Positions 13,250 through 25,889 of a DNA stretch of 64,000 nucleotides are shown here, one piece after another. Within the stretch, counting starts at the first letter, position 1. Each line of letters begins with the position of its first letter. A program made the position numbers and the translations under genes. This DNA comes from Octopus sinensis (lineage: Eukaryota): positions 186,001 through 250,000 of the forward strand of contig NW_021833892.1 in assembly GCF_006345805.1 (NCBI RefSeq), written 5' to 3'. Under the pieces are notes generated by a model. The model was given only the letters and a program-made list of their open reading frames with translations. It was not told where the DNA came from and ran no database searches.

Positions 13250-14490
13250 TCAACTTTTGGATTCCTACATTTGATTTTACGAAATTCGAATTATTGGTAC
13301 GCTCCAGTCAGCATGTAGAATTTTTTGTTCGGAATTTTGTTTCGCCAAGAATAACCAAAGTGTTTTCTTAGTTGGTCTCTGTAAAAAGAGTCAAGTTGTT
13401 CCATGTCTTCCTTTGACGTTTTTCCAAGTGCCTGCGTTGTAGGACTGGTTGGATAAATGCGTAATATAAGCGCAGTCGCATCTTAGCATCAATTTTTTTT
13501 GTTCTTAATAAAATCGATTGTAATTTTTCGAATGCTATTGTGGCTAAGATTTTCCGTCGTGTAGTATCTTCTGAGTCGCCAACAAGTAAATATCCGAGTT
13601 TTCTGACGTTCCTCCACTTCTCCACGTGGGTAGGCATTCGTTCAATAGTGGTTAATTCTTCATTGACTTTATAGACCATTTGCTCAAAAGTGTTTTCTCT
13701 TCAATAATGTCTATAAATTCCCGATTTTCAGCGACAAATCGACATCATCCGCATAAATGAGTTGCGTTAAGTGATCGTCCAGATTTTCGATTTTTTCTCT
13801 CGGATCTCTCAAAGCGGCCTATAGATAATACGGGTGATAGCGTATCTCCTTGTGAGGTTCCAGAATTTTTAAAAATGATATAGACTTTTTAGAACCAACT
13901 CTGACGAGTAGTTCAGTTTCAGACAATAGCATATACTCCTGTACGTACTCCTCCATTGATATCCTGGTCGAAGGGCTACGACTCACTTTGGACAATGATT
14001 TGGTTATACTGGGCTTGCCAATTTTCGAAAGGGGCATAGTTAAAGCCTTGTCGAGAAAGTGGGAATAAATTAAGTTAACTGATCGAATACGTGGTCTTGG
14101 TTTCCATTTGGCGTTCTTGTTGACGAATTTGCTTTTTATTTCGAGGCTTACTTACATCTCTCGTTTATCTCAATGTTTTACTGCTAAGGATTCTTTATTC
14201 AAAACTGATGATCTTTTTCATATGTCCCTCATATATCACAGAAACTTGAAATTGACGGTTTTGCCCAGACAAGCCTCCCCACGAGATCCGGAGGTCCTGT
14301 ATTCTGTTTGCTCTGTGAGCTCTCAGAATATCCTCTGCTTGCCGCATTTGAAACACACTTGGCCTTGGTTTTCCAGAAATTCCCTCAGTTCAAAGAACAT
14401 GGAATGACATTCACTGCAAGAAAATTTTAGAGTCAGTTTGTTCTAAACTGGGTCAACTTCAGCTGGCCTCTTTAAACTGTGCCACGCAGC
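13250..14490 (-). mobile_element. RTE-clade LINE RT relic
   Basis: DKALTMPL, GVRQ-like segment, LIYADD(VD), WRNVRKLG...GDSED...RRKILATIAF, RLRLYYAFIQPVL. Confidence 0.75.
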
Positions 14491-14960
14491 GAAGACTGGC
14501 TCAAAGCTCTCCCAATTCCAAGTACGGGATTGTTCCTGGACGGAGAATCTCTCCTTATCGGTATATATCTAGCCTGGGCTTGGATGTCTGTCAGCCCTAC
14601 ACCAGCACGATTTCTTCGAAAGGCTTGCTACACTCAATTAAATGAGGTCGTTTAAAGAGCTTTCGGTTCCGTCAGGTTTCCTTCAACGCTGGAGCCAGTC
14701 AGTCTATGTCGGAGCGACGGAAAACGTTCTGACGGGATGACTACCTTCCCATTTAGGGAGGGCTGGTCCTTGATTTTAGACACGACTTTCGTTGACTCGT
14801 TCTGCACACGATGTTGCCAAGCTCTGTCAGCAAACCTGATTCCGATAGTGGCAAGGCAGAGGAAAAGAAAGGGATGAAGTACAAAGACATTTCTGAAACT
14901 TTCGAGTTCGGCTTCGAAACCTCTGGAATCATCTGAAGACGGCGACTAAGCTCTTATCGT
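14490..14960 (+). mobile_element. CRE-clade non-LTR fragment (RLE), degenerate
   Basis: LEPVSLCRSDGKRSDGMTTFPFREG...DTTFVDSF. Confidence 0.75.
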
Positions 14961-15129
14961 TAATTGGATCGTTAATTGGATCGAAGCAACGCTTATTAAA
15001 GCAGAGGGAGATTGTGTTTTATTTCACATCCATTCAACCTGTGCTAATTCACCAGGTAGCATTCAAAGAGAAATTTGGAAAAACAGTAACAAACTACATC
15101 AACCATGTGTACAGTTTATTGAGTATTTA

Positions 15130-16000
15130 ATTAGTAGCAGAGGATAAGATGGAATGGCAATTCCCACGCAAGATGGCTATTGATATGCGTTGGAAAAGCC
15201 ATGTCCGTTCCCGATGATCATTTCTCCTTCTGCTTCCAGGTCCCCCAGTTTAATAAGGAATTTTTTAGTTCTGGGACCGAGGAATTTTTGGATGCTATCG
15301 ATTCATTTATTATTTGAATTTTCTTCTTTAAGATAATTCACAACGTTATCGTTTTCTTTGCGGAGCTAACATCTTTTACTTTTTTCCAAATGGATCTTTC
15401 AAGTTTATTAATTATTAGAAAATCATCTTATGCGGAGACCTCAATGCGAAACACCCCCTTTGGCTTTCAAATCAGTTGGCGGATACGAGAGGGAAATCTT
15501 TACTTTCCCAATTGGACAAAAACAATCCTGAACGTCCCATCGAGGAACACAAGGACTCCATTCAGAGTGACTGACAAATCTACTTCACTCGGTAACTCTA
15601 TGCTCTTTATCTACGTAGTGGTCAGTCCTCTATGAAACGAGAAGCCACCACAACCCGATCGCGGTGAAGATCAAAAGAGAAGTTGTCACCAGGAAAGTTC
15701 CCATTTCATACAATTACAAAGCGGCCAACTGGCCATGGTTCCAAGAGATATTGAACACGAGATTAAAGAATTGCAATCTGTGCAATTTTAGCTCTCTCGA
15801 CAAGGCCATTGGCTTCTTCTCGAAGATCATTCTGGCAGCAAGAGCTATGGCTATCTCGGTCCGTCAGCAAATGCCCTGTCAAAAACGGCCTGCCCCCGGT
15901 GCGATCTTGTGTGGGCTCGTGAAAAGATCACTGAGCTAAGATGAGGTCCCTGGTCGAGTGCATCGGGATTACGTGACTTTTGTTTGATTTTTATCGTGAT
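15130..16000 (+). mobile_element. LINE ORF2 relic (APE endonuclease and linker; I/Jockey-like)
   Basis: GDLNAKHPLW...DTRGKS and YNYKAANWPWFQE. Confidence 0.7.
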
Positions 16001-16202
16001 CTTGGCGGTTAAATGAATAAAATCTGTGCTTTTTTTAAATCGCAAAAGATTTGACCTTTTTAATTAAAGAATTAAATTTCTGCATTATTTCAAATATTCA
16101 TCAAAAGGATTCGGTAGTCTAATATTGTAATTAGGTTTAGCCAGAATTATTGAAATTAAATGTTAAATAGCTTAATTTCAGTGCGCAGCGAAATTGTTAT
16201 AG

Positions 16203-17610
16203 ATGAATGATAATCCAAAACAAGGACTGTTTGGGCGACTCAACACAAAAATTAACAAAAAACAATCCATCGACAAAAGCATGACCATAACTCAGCCAGT
16301 TCTATTCACTCACAATCTACACGTGAGCAAAGATTTGTCTGGTCTGCCATCAGAGTGGAAATCCTTGCTTAAAGCATCACAAATTCCGTTTTCAAATCAT
16401 TTCCAACAGTTATAGAGAGGAAGAACAGCAGAAAAATCCTGGGAAGGTAATAAATGCCCTGCAAGTGCTGGAAGATGTTGAACAAAAACACAAAAAATTT
16501 TTACAAAATGCAAACTCTGAAATAAGCTTGGATGAAGCAGAAGAAACAACTCCGAAGTTTGAAAAGAGAAACAAGTCTCCAAAAGGAGGAAAAGTTAGCA
16601 TTGAGTACGTCATCGAGAAACTAAGTATAGTTATGCATCCATAGTTAGGGTCTCTTGTTTCTCTAGAAGACCCTCGTGAAATATACACAATTAAAAAGAA
16701 ATTGGGTTCTGGGTTAGTTTTTTGGTATTTCTTAATGTGCTTTAGTGCTTCTGGTGTAGTCAATTTGGCAGTGAATAATCTTCTTGGATCTACTGTTGCC
16801 ATAAAGTCGATGAATCTCGAACTACAGCCCAAAAAAGAACTTTTAATTTCGGAAATCGAAGTTAACATTTGATTTTAATTTCATAGATAATGCGGAACTT
16901 AACTAAACACGTCAACATAGTTAATTATCTTAATGGCTTCCTGGTTAGTAACAGTGAATTGTGGGTGGTGATGGAATATCTTGATGGAGGGGCCCTTACT
17001 GATGTTGTGATGGAGACAATGATGAAAGAGGAGCAGATGGCTACAGTTATTGGAGACGTTGTTAATGGATTAAACTTTCTTCACAGTCACAACATAATTC
17101 ATCGAGATATAAAAAGCGACAATGTTCTTCTTGGACTCAACGGAGATGTCAAATTAACTGATTTTGGGTTTTGCGCGCAGGTTGTGGGGGATAGTGCCAA
17201 TCGTAACACAATGGTGGGGACTCCCTACTGGATGGCTCCTGAAGTGGTTGCCAAGTATTTTTTATATTTGAACAACATCTAGACAAAAATATGGCAAGAA
17301 AGTAGATATTTGGAGTCTTGGGATTATGGTGATTGAAATGATTGATGGGGAACCGCCGTATCTCAACGAACACCCATTGAAAGCTCTCTATCATATTGCG
17401 AACATTGGACGACCCCAGATTCAGGAGGCAGAAAGAATGTCATCTGCTTTGTCCTCTTTCGTTGACAGATGTCTCGAAGTCAAACCAATAAACAGATCAA
17501 ACTGCGAAGAACTGATTGAACACGAGTTTCTCAAAGGACCAAAAGCCCCTCGCTCTGAAATCAAACAACTAATTCTTGTCGCTCAAGACAGTATAAAAAA
17601 GAAATTTTAG
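16203..17610 (+). CDS. PAK1: Group I p21-activated kinase with CRIB domain, multi-exon
   Basis: [17 protein letters not shown]...[10 protein letters not shown]. Kinase motifs KLGSG|[62 protein letters not shown]1/2/3 paralogue not distinguishable. Confidence 0.93.
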
Positions 17611-18285
17611 TGATTTACTTTTGACGTCTATTTTTATTTAAAATTAACTTTGAATTCAATTTTGTGTTCCATACCCTTGAAAACTCGTTTTTTGAACTTT
17701 ATAATAGTGGCTGTGATACTAAAATATCAATCAATTATTAATTTTTTTTTATTTTTCCGTGTTATAAAACTGAAAAGAGTGATTTTTTTTTTGGATTTGA
17801 AAGGTCTAATTGTCAAAAAGCTTTAGAAAATCTTAATTAAATGAATTATGAGTTAAATACGGAAGTTTATCTTAGACCCTACGGAACACTGGTTCTCATA
17901 GACAAAGTCTCTGTAGCTATACTTGGAGATAATGCCCTTGCTAGACTATTGATCCTTTAATATTAAGATTTTCTGTATTTGCCTTCCAAATGCTTTAGTG
18001 CACTTTAAATACGATAGCGGGCTGCAATAAAAATTATATGAAGAACGCCGCTAAGCGTGTATTTTAGATGCTTAAATAGAAAATTCTGCTCAAAGAACTT
18101 TGAGAATGTCGACGATTTGACGCAAAAGAATATGCAACTTTTTAAGTATTTTTTACTCAATTTTAAAACAAGTATGTGGCATTTTCTGTTTTGGACGTGT
18201 ACTCTGTCAGAATTAAAACTAGGAAAATTTAATTTTTAAAAATATTTCCTTATTTTAATCACAAAATAAACAAACACATTTTGTG

Positions 18286-18698
<413 letters not shown>

Positions 18699-19329
18699 TT
18701 GTCTATTTCTTTATTATTGTTGGTTTCTTACTTAAACGAGTTTTTTTGATTTTCACGCTACTTTCAAGTTAAAAATCTTGTAGATCTATTAGCCGTTTAT
18801 TTCAAAAAATTGTGTAATTCTCAAGAATAATTTTTGGGTCGTGTCAGTACCAAAAATAAGTTTTTTTGATCATATCAAATCATTTAGAGATCTACGATCA
18901 AACATTTTTTTTTCGGAAATTAAATGTACTACTTTTTACTCTTTCATAAAACATTGAGGATTTCTGAGAGCGGATAGAATAGCTGGTCGTTTTTTAATAG
19001 CCGGTTGGTTCATTTTGATATCCTACTAAATAGGGAACTGCAATTGGCATTCTTCCGGCAGGATCATTCAAACTTATGTTCTTTAGTGTTTTGGGGATAA
19101 CCACAGACTGAGTCCTTCGAGACCGATTGAATTGCAGTGATGTTTATAGAATTTATTCAAAACTCCTTCCCATGTTGGTACCAATGGTACCATAGTTACC
19201 TTGACGTTGTGGATTACTTTTAAGCCATAAAGGTTTTAATGTGAAAATACCTTTAAGCCATAAACCATTCCTAAATTAATCACGAAGAAAAGGTAGTTCA
19301 GAATTAAATAAAAACAAACAGCACTATAA

Positions 19330-22150
19330 TAATGAACTGAATGGAAGAAGGTGGAATTCTTGAAACAGCCCCAAAATGTTCATAAGCATGCAAATAATAG
19401 GGATTGGAAATCAATCAGGGAAGATTTTTTTAAACGATAAAGACAGAAAATCAACTGGAAACCTTGTTGAACAACCAAAATTTATTGTTTTGTAGTTTGA
19501 AAAGCTCTTTTTAGTGCAAGACCATAAATCAGATATGCAAAAAACTTTGAAACGATCTATCTTACTGGAAGAAGTCTTTAGAGCAATAAAGAAGCTAAAG
19601 CATGGTCGCTCTACGGCCCTGGACAACATCATCTTTAAGTTGTTAAAGCCCAGAAGAACCTGGAAATTTCTTGATAACATAATTGTGAATAAGGGATACT
19701 AATACAGATCCAGCAAGGAAATCAATTTACCTGGCCTGTAGAAAACTTGCGTTTTATCATTCTCCTGAACACCCAGCAGTAGACTTTTATCTTAATCGTC
19801 GTTGTTTGACTCAAAGATGTGACAGACGATTATTTAGCTTATAGTCAAAATACTTTCAAAACCAGAAGGTCTACGGGTAAAATAGTATGGTTTCTATAGC
19901 ACTGGGCTATTCTGCAAAAATTCCGGAGAACCCAGAATATCCTTGGAATTGATCTCTCTAGAGCAGGGGTGCGCAAGCTTTTTGGGTTTGCGGCCGCATA
20001 GCATTTATTTTTCCTTCTCTTCCACGGCCGCACATTTTCTGCATTATTTTTTCGATATTAATATAGTAATTTTTTTTAATTATTAAAAGTGACCGCATAA
20101 GTTGCCCATTGTCATCGAGACCGAATGAGTTCTTGAACAGGAAATGCTCTCGTTCATCAGCGACATCATATTATTAAAATAAATAATTATTTCATGGAAA
20201 AAAGATAAGAAAGAAGGAAAATTAATTAAAAGAAATGTATTATACAAGTTATTCTAATGACAGCCAGGATCTTTGGTATTTTTTGCGAGCTTATTGAAAT
20301 CCACTGGTAGGATAGATATCATTATGCGCAAACATGACTCTAAGTTTGCATCCGTTATCCGAGATCTATATTGACTTTTTAAATATTTCATTTTGGAAAA
20401 TGTAGACTCACATAAATATGTTCTTCCGAATACAACGAGAATATTTCTTGCCAATAACTGATTTATTGTTATACTCTTCTGAGACATATTCAGTTAGGCG
20501 TGCAACAAATCCTTGTTTTCTACCCAACATTGCTGGTGCGCCATCTGTGCATATTCCTCTTAGACATGTCATGTCCAATTTGAATTCCAAACAACATTGT
20601 TTAACTATTTTAAATATATCTTGACCCCGTACATTTCCAGGTAGTGACTTCATGGATAGAAAATCCTCATGTATTTCAAAATCGAAGGATAGAGTACGAA
20701 TAAATATGATCAGCTGAGCAGAATCACATATATCATTCGACTCATCAATGGCAAGTGAAAATAACGTAGTTTGAGAATTTAATTTTTGTAGGAGTGATAG
20801 ATTAAGATGCTCGGCAATATGAAACTTTCGGCGCTGAATTGTGTCACGTGAAAGTGGAATTGCTTCAAAGTTATGCTCCTTGTTGGGATCAATGCATTTA
20901 ACTGATTCCATGATACATCTTTTCATGAGTTCGCCGTCTGAAAAAGGTTTTCCAGCAGATACAAGGATATGAGCAACTCGAAAGGATGCTTCAACTCTTG
21001 CATTTGCCACATTTAAAAAAGTTTTTAAACATTTTTTTTTGTCTTAATTTGTATTTCAAATTTTCGACGGAATCTTCTCTTGAACACTTGGACTTGACAA
21101 CTAGGTGGTCTAAATGTCTTTGAAAATGTTGTTTAGCATTGTCCCGTTTTATAGTTTTCACAATCTCATGGCACAATAAGCATTGTATGCTATTGTTGTC
21201 TGTTTCGACTACGAAGTATTCACTTTCACAGTTGATATTAAATTTTCTTTTTTCTTAATTCAAAGAACGTCGTCTTTTAACAGGTAATGACATAATATAT
21301 AAAAATAGAATTTTATTTAATATGAATATTTTTAATTATTATTTAGGGTTTTTCTTGATTTATTAATACTATGAGCATTATATTTAAGATTAGTTGCTCG
21401 ATGAACTAATTGTGCCCACGGCCGCACATTCATCGACTCACGGCCGCACTTGCGCACCCCTGCTCTAGAGCTTTTGATATTTTACGTCGAGAAAAAGTGA
21501 TTGAGATGTCGCAAAGTTTCCTGAATCATGACACAGTTGAATTGATTCGAATTTTGTTATCTAGAAAAATCAGAGTTCGTGTTGGAAATTATCTATCTCA
21601 AAAGTTCTTAACGACGTTTACCATATTTAAGGAAATTTACTGTCTTTTTTGTTATCAGAATATATCTGGAATCTGCCATACGGGCGATTGATGACGAATA
21701 TCTCAAAACTTGATGTTAAAAGAGTTAAACGAATGTACTCACGAAAAACTGAAATATTAAAGAAACCCAAGAAACTTCACTTTCTCCTAGGAGATTCTGA
21801 AGACATTGCAATGAGAAAGTTCCTATCAACGGCCAAAATTTCTAAACCGATGAAGAAATGGATAGTCAGACACCTGGACGGCCTTTCGCTCCAAATAAGC
21901 ATTTATAAACCTATCCTGATTTACAATCCTGATAACTGACGAATTTCTGAACTAGAGAAGGAACTCAACTCATTCCATGGAAAAAACTACGAAATCTCTT
22001 GAATTCCGGTGGCTAAAGCTAATAAAGAAGGATGTTTTGTATGGGATTTGTTCCAAAGACCCTTTGAATCAAGTTATCGAGGAGTAGCAATAGAATCTGT
22101 TTGTGCATATCCTAATATTAGAGCCAAGCATACTACAGAATGAAGCATTG
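19330..22150 (+). mobile_element. RTE-clade LINE relic split by a hAT insertion
   Basis: GRSTALDNI; LGIDLS|RAFDILRREKVIE is contiguous once the hAT is removed; LGDSEDIAMRK...IYKPILIYN. Confidence 0.8.
19964..21462 (-). mobile_element. hAT (Buster/SPIN/Charlie-like) DNA transposon, internally deleted
   Basis: Perfect 14-bp TIRs CAGGGGTGCGCAAG and 8-bp TSD CTCTAGAG (19956-19963, 21463-21470). Transposase motifs SLAIDESND, CTDGAPAM, VFGRTYLCESTFSKMK. Subterminal CGGCCGCA repeats. Confidence 0.95.
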
Positions 22151-22399
22151 GATGACTATTTCAAAAATCTAAGTTGGGTGTCTACCGTCCACGCTTCCCA
22201 GGACCCCTGATGGGGATTTAAAATTTGTCAAAAATATTAGTTCTACTAATATAAATTGATTTATTGATAGAATGACAACGTGAAAGTGAAAAAATTGACC
22301 AATAAAAACTACTACAAAATTCTCGATAATACCCAAAATTAATATTTTCCTAATACTAATGTAGACTTGTATGATCTTAATAATAAAATGATATGGGTG

Positions 22400-22400
<1 letters not shown>

Positions 22401-22428
<28 letters not shown>
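22401..22428 (+). repeat. (GTCT)7 microsatellite
   Basis: Read directly. GTCY tracts are typical of DINE-1/HINE-type elements. Confidence 0.95.
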
Positions 22429-22430
<2 letters not shown>

Positions 22431-22454
22431 GTGTGCACACCAACTTCAAATTGG

Positions 22455-23820
22455 CAATACGATGTCCTCGACTTACATGATGAGGTCCTTAAAACCTTCC
22501 CCCCCAAAAAATTAAAAAAAAATTTTTTCTGCGTTTGGTCAAAATGAACAACTACGATGTCCTCGACTTACATGATGAGGTCCTTAAAACCTTCCCCCCC
22601 CCAAAAAAAAAAAAAATTTTCTGCATTTTGGTTAAAATGAACAACTACAATGTCCTCGACTTACATGATGAAGTCCTTAAAACCTTCCCCCCCAAAAAAT
22701 TAAAAAAAAATTTTCTGCATTTTGGTTAAAATGAACAACTACAATGTCCTCGACTTACATGATGAAGTCCTTAAAACCTTCCCCCCAAAAAAATTAAAAA
22801 AAAATTTTTGCTTTTTGCATTTTGGTTAAAATGAACAACTACATGTCCTCGACTTACATGATGAAGTCCTTAAAACCTCCCCCCCAAAAAAAATTTAAAA
22901 AAATTTTCTGCATTTTGGTTAAAATGAACAACTACAATGTCCTCGACTTACATGATGAAGTCCTTAAAACCTTCCCCCCCAAAAAATTAAAAAAAAATTT
23001 TCTGCATTTTGGTTAAAATGAACAACTACGATGTCCTCGACTTACATGATGAAGTCCTTAAAACCTTCCCCCCCAAAAAATTAAAAAAAAATTTTTCTGC
23101 ATTTTGGTTAAAATGAACAACTACGATGTCCTCGACTTACATGATGAAGTTTTTTAAAACCTTCCCCCCAAAAAAATTAAAAAAAAATTTTCTGCATTTT
23201 GGTTAAAATGAACAACTACAATGTCCTCGACTTACATGATGAAGTCCTTAAACCTTCCCCCCCAAAAAATTAAAAAAAAATTTTCTGCATTTTGGTTAAA
23301 ATGAACAACTACAATGTCCTCGACTTACATGATGAAGTCCTTAAAACCTTCCCCCCAAAAAAAATAAAAAAAAATTTTCTGCATTTTGTTAAAATGAACA
23401 ACTACATGTCCTCGACTTACATGATGAAGTCCTTAAAACCTTCCCCCCCAAAAAAAATTAAAAAAAAATTTTTTGCATTTTGGTTAAAATGAACAACTAC
23501 CATGTCCTCGACTTACATGATGAAGTCCTTAAAACCTTCCCCCCCAAAAAATTAAAAAAAAATTTTCTGCATTTTGGTTAAAATGAACAACTACAATGTC
23601 CTCAACTTACATTATGAAGTCCTTAAAACCTTCCCCTCCAAAAAAATTAAAAAAAAATTTTCTGCATTTTGGTTAAAATGACAACTACAATGTCCTCGAC
23701 TTACATGATGAAGTCCTTAAACCTTCCCCCAAAAAATCAAAAAATTATTTTCTGCATTTTGATTAAAATGAACAACGCGAATGTCCTCGACATTCATGAT
23801 GAGGTCCATTAAAACCTTCA
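22455..23820. repeat. Tandem array, about 15 copies of a ~94-bp unit
   Basis: GTCCTCGAC anchor counted 15 times between 22464 and 23783. Variation is mostly in the C- and A-runs; the last copy is diverged. Confidence 0.97.
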
Positions 23821-23999
23821 AGGCAAAAATCTCACGTATTAAGAATATCCTTGATGAAAACGACAGCGAGAATATTAACAATGATGAACTCCCATTATTC
23901 GCGATAAAGAAATTCAATTCATCCTATGTTTTCTTCTTTAAAATTAATTGCATATATCATTATCGACCATGAATCAAAATTAAAGCTATTATCATATTT

Positions 24000-24242
24000 G
24001 ACTTGACAGAATGTGCAATCACAGATTGCACGACTTTGAATAGATGTGCAATTAACAGATTTTGAAAAACCACTTTGATAGTTGAAACCACATTAGCACA
24101 ATCATTAACACAATTTACCACCAATTGACGCACGACCTTGAATAGAGTGTGCATTAACAGATTTTGAAAACACTTTGATAGTTGAAACCACATTAGCACA
24201 ATCATTAACACAATTTACCACCAATTGACGCACGACCTTGAA
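24000..24242. repeat. ~101-bp tandem repeat, about 2.3 copies
   Basis: Unit starts at 24031, 24133 and 24233 (CGACCTTGAATAGAGTGTGC...ACCACCAATTGACGCA). A diverged copy lies at ~42039-42131. Confidence 0.9.
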
Positions 24243-25745
24243 TTTGTCGCCCGCAGGATTGCGTCCCCTCTTAATATTTGGTATTTGGACGACTGTACTA
24301 TTGGTGGTCCGCCCGACATTTTGCTAAACGACTTGCAATCTCTACTCCCGGCGTTGTCATCTATTGGTCTTGAAATCAATTCTCTAAAATCTGAAATCGT
24401 TAATCTTAACGTCGAAGACCTCACCTTCGAAGACCTTTTTTGCCCAGTTTCGTGGCCTCTGCCCGATCTGAGGCAGACCTCTTATTCTGAACTTGAAATC
24501 CTGGGTGCCCGATCCACCACCAATCGGTCTCTCGTATTCTCGATTCCAAGAGAAATGCTCTTGCTTCTCTTTGGATAAACTTGTGGACATCGATTCCCAT
24601 CCGCTTTTTTTATCCTCAAAAAACTTTTTTGATTCCGAGGATCAATTATGTCCTAAGGAGTTCCTGTTGCTTTTCTGTTCCCTCTGCTTTGGAGTCTTTT
24701 GACGCTCTGGTGCGTTCTTCAGCCGAGATTATTTTTAACGTCAAGTTCGATGATGTCGGTTGGCGTCAGGCCAAACTTCCTGTTCCTTTTGGTGGGCTTG
24801 GGCTCCGCTCGGCTCTCGACATTTCTCTTCCTTCGCTTTCCTTTCATCGTCTTCAGGATTGTATCTTCTTGTCCATAAGATTCTTGAAAAATCGCCCGGA
24901 TCTCGTTTGGACTCTGATATTAATTCTGCACTTTTGCTTTGGAAGGAAAAGGGCTTGAGTTCCCTTCTGATAGGTCCCTCCAACGTGAATGGGATAAATT
25001 CTTAGTAAGCATCATGCGGACTCGTTGGAGGCTCTCCTGAACCAGCACAGACTGGCTTGTTACCGTGCCAGCCGCCAACCGCATTCTGGCTCTTGGCTTA
25101 ACTGCCTTCCTTCGACCCATTTGGACACCTGTCTTGACTCCGACGCCCTCCGTTTTGGCATTTGCCTCCGCCTCGGACTTCCGATCTGTAGTCCCCACCC
25201 CTGCCGGTGCGGATCTACTATGGACGTATACGGGCTCCATGCCCTCTCCTGCAAGAAAAGCGCGGGTCGTATTCCACGCCATTCGGCGATTAACAGATCA
25301 TTCTCGACTCACTCGAAAAGCCGGCTACCCTTCTGTCCTTGAGCCTAAGGGTCTCGACCGTGGTGACGGGAAAAGGCGGACGGCTCTACGTTGTTCTCGT
25401 TTTATTCTGGAGACCTTTGGTCTGGGATTCCACTTGTGTGGATACCTTCTCAAAGTCTTTCATCAACGAATCGGCCTCTCTTGCTGGGTCTCGTGCTAAT
25501 AAGGCTGAGCTTTCGAAGTGCCGGAAATATCAGTCTTTGATGGATACTTTTGGTTTTGGCCAATTGTTGTCGAGACTTCCGGCGTCTTTGGCTCCGGGAC
25601 CCTCACTTCCCTAAAGAAATTGGGACATCTTTGTTCTTCGCGGTCCAAGGACCCTAGGAATTTCTTTCCTCATTCAGAGGATCCTGCTGGCTGTCATGCG
25701 TGGCAACAGCTGTTCCCTCCGTCTCGCTGGGAGAATTTATTAGTT
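24243..25745 (+). mobile_element. CRE-clade non-LTR retrotransposon, 5'-truncated
   Basis: PLNIWYLDDCTIGG, AKLPVPFGGLGLRS, CRCGSTMDVYGLHALSC, GDGKR, WDSTCVDTF, VETSG. Confidence 0.9.
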
Positions 25746-25889
25746 TGTTGACTTTATTTTTGTTAATTTCTACATAAACTTATAGTTGTTTGATGAAACA
25801 GGCCCTCCGCAGGAGCTAGGTCGCGGTGAGCGAAGCGAGCTGCCGAGCTAGTATCCAATAAATAAAGAAAACTATTAGTAAGGAAATGG

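Larger units (their letters stand above)
22375..25851 (+). mobile_element. Non-autonomous Helitron-like element (copy 1) with microsatellite, tandem arrays and nested CRE
   Basis: A|TCTTAATAATAAAAT 5' end shared with 38849; (GTCT)7; 3' end ...GCGGTGAGCGAAGCGAGCTGCCGAGCTAG|T. Internal repeats are shared with copy 2, which carries a PIF1 helicase remnant. Confidence 0.75.

Noticed and set aside
17700-18240. Small gene between PAK and HINT
   Set aside because: Coding-like composition and possible micro-introns, but no consistent spliced ORF or known motif could be built.
22535-23492. Repeated ORFs MVKMNNYNVLDLHDEVLK... as a repeat-protein gene
   Set aside because: Homopolymer length varies freely between units and shifts frame. 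The ORFs are by-products of the array.
22455-23820. CRISPR array
   Set aside because: Units are head-to-tail with no unique spacers, there are no cas genes, and the context is eukaryotic.
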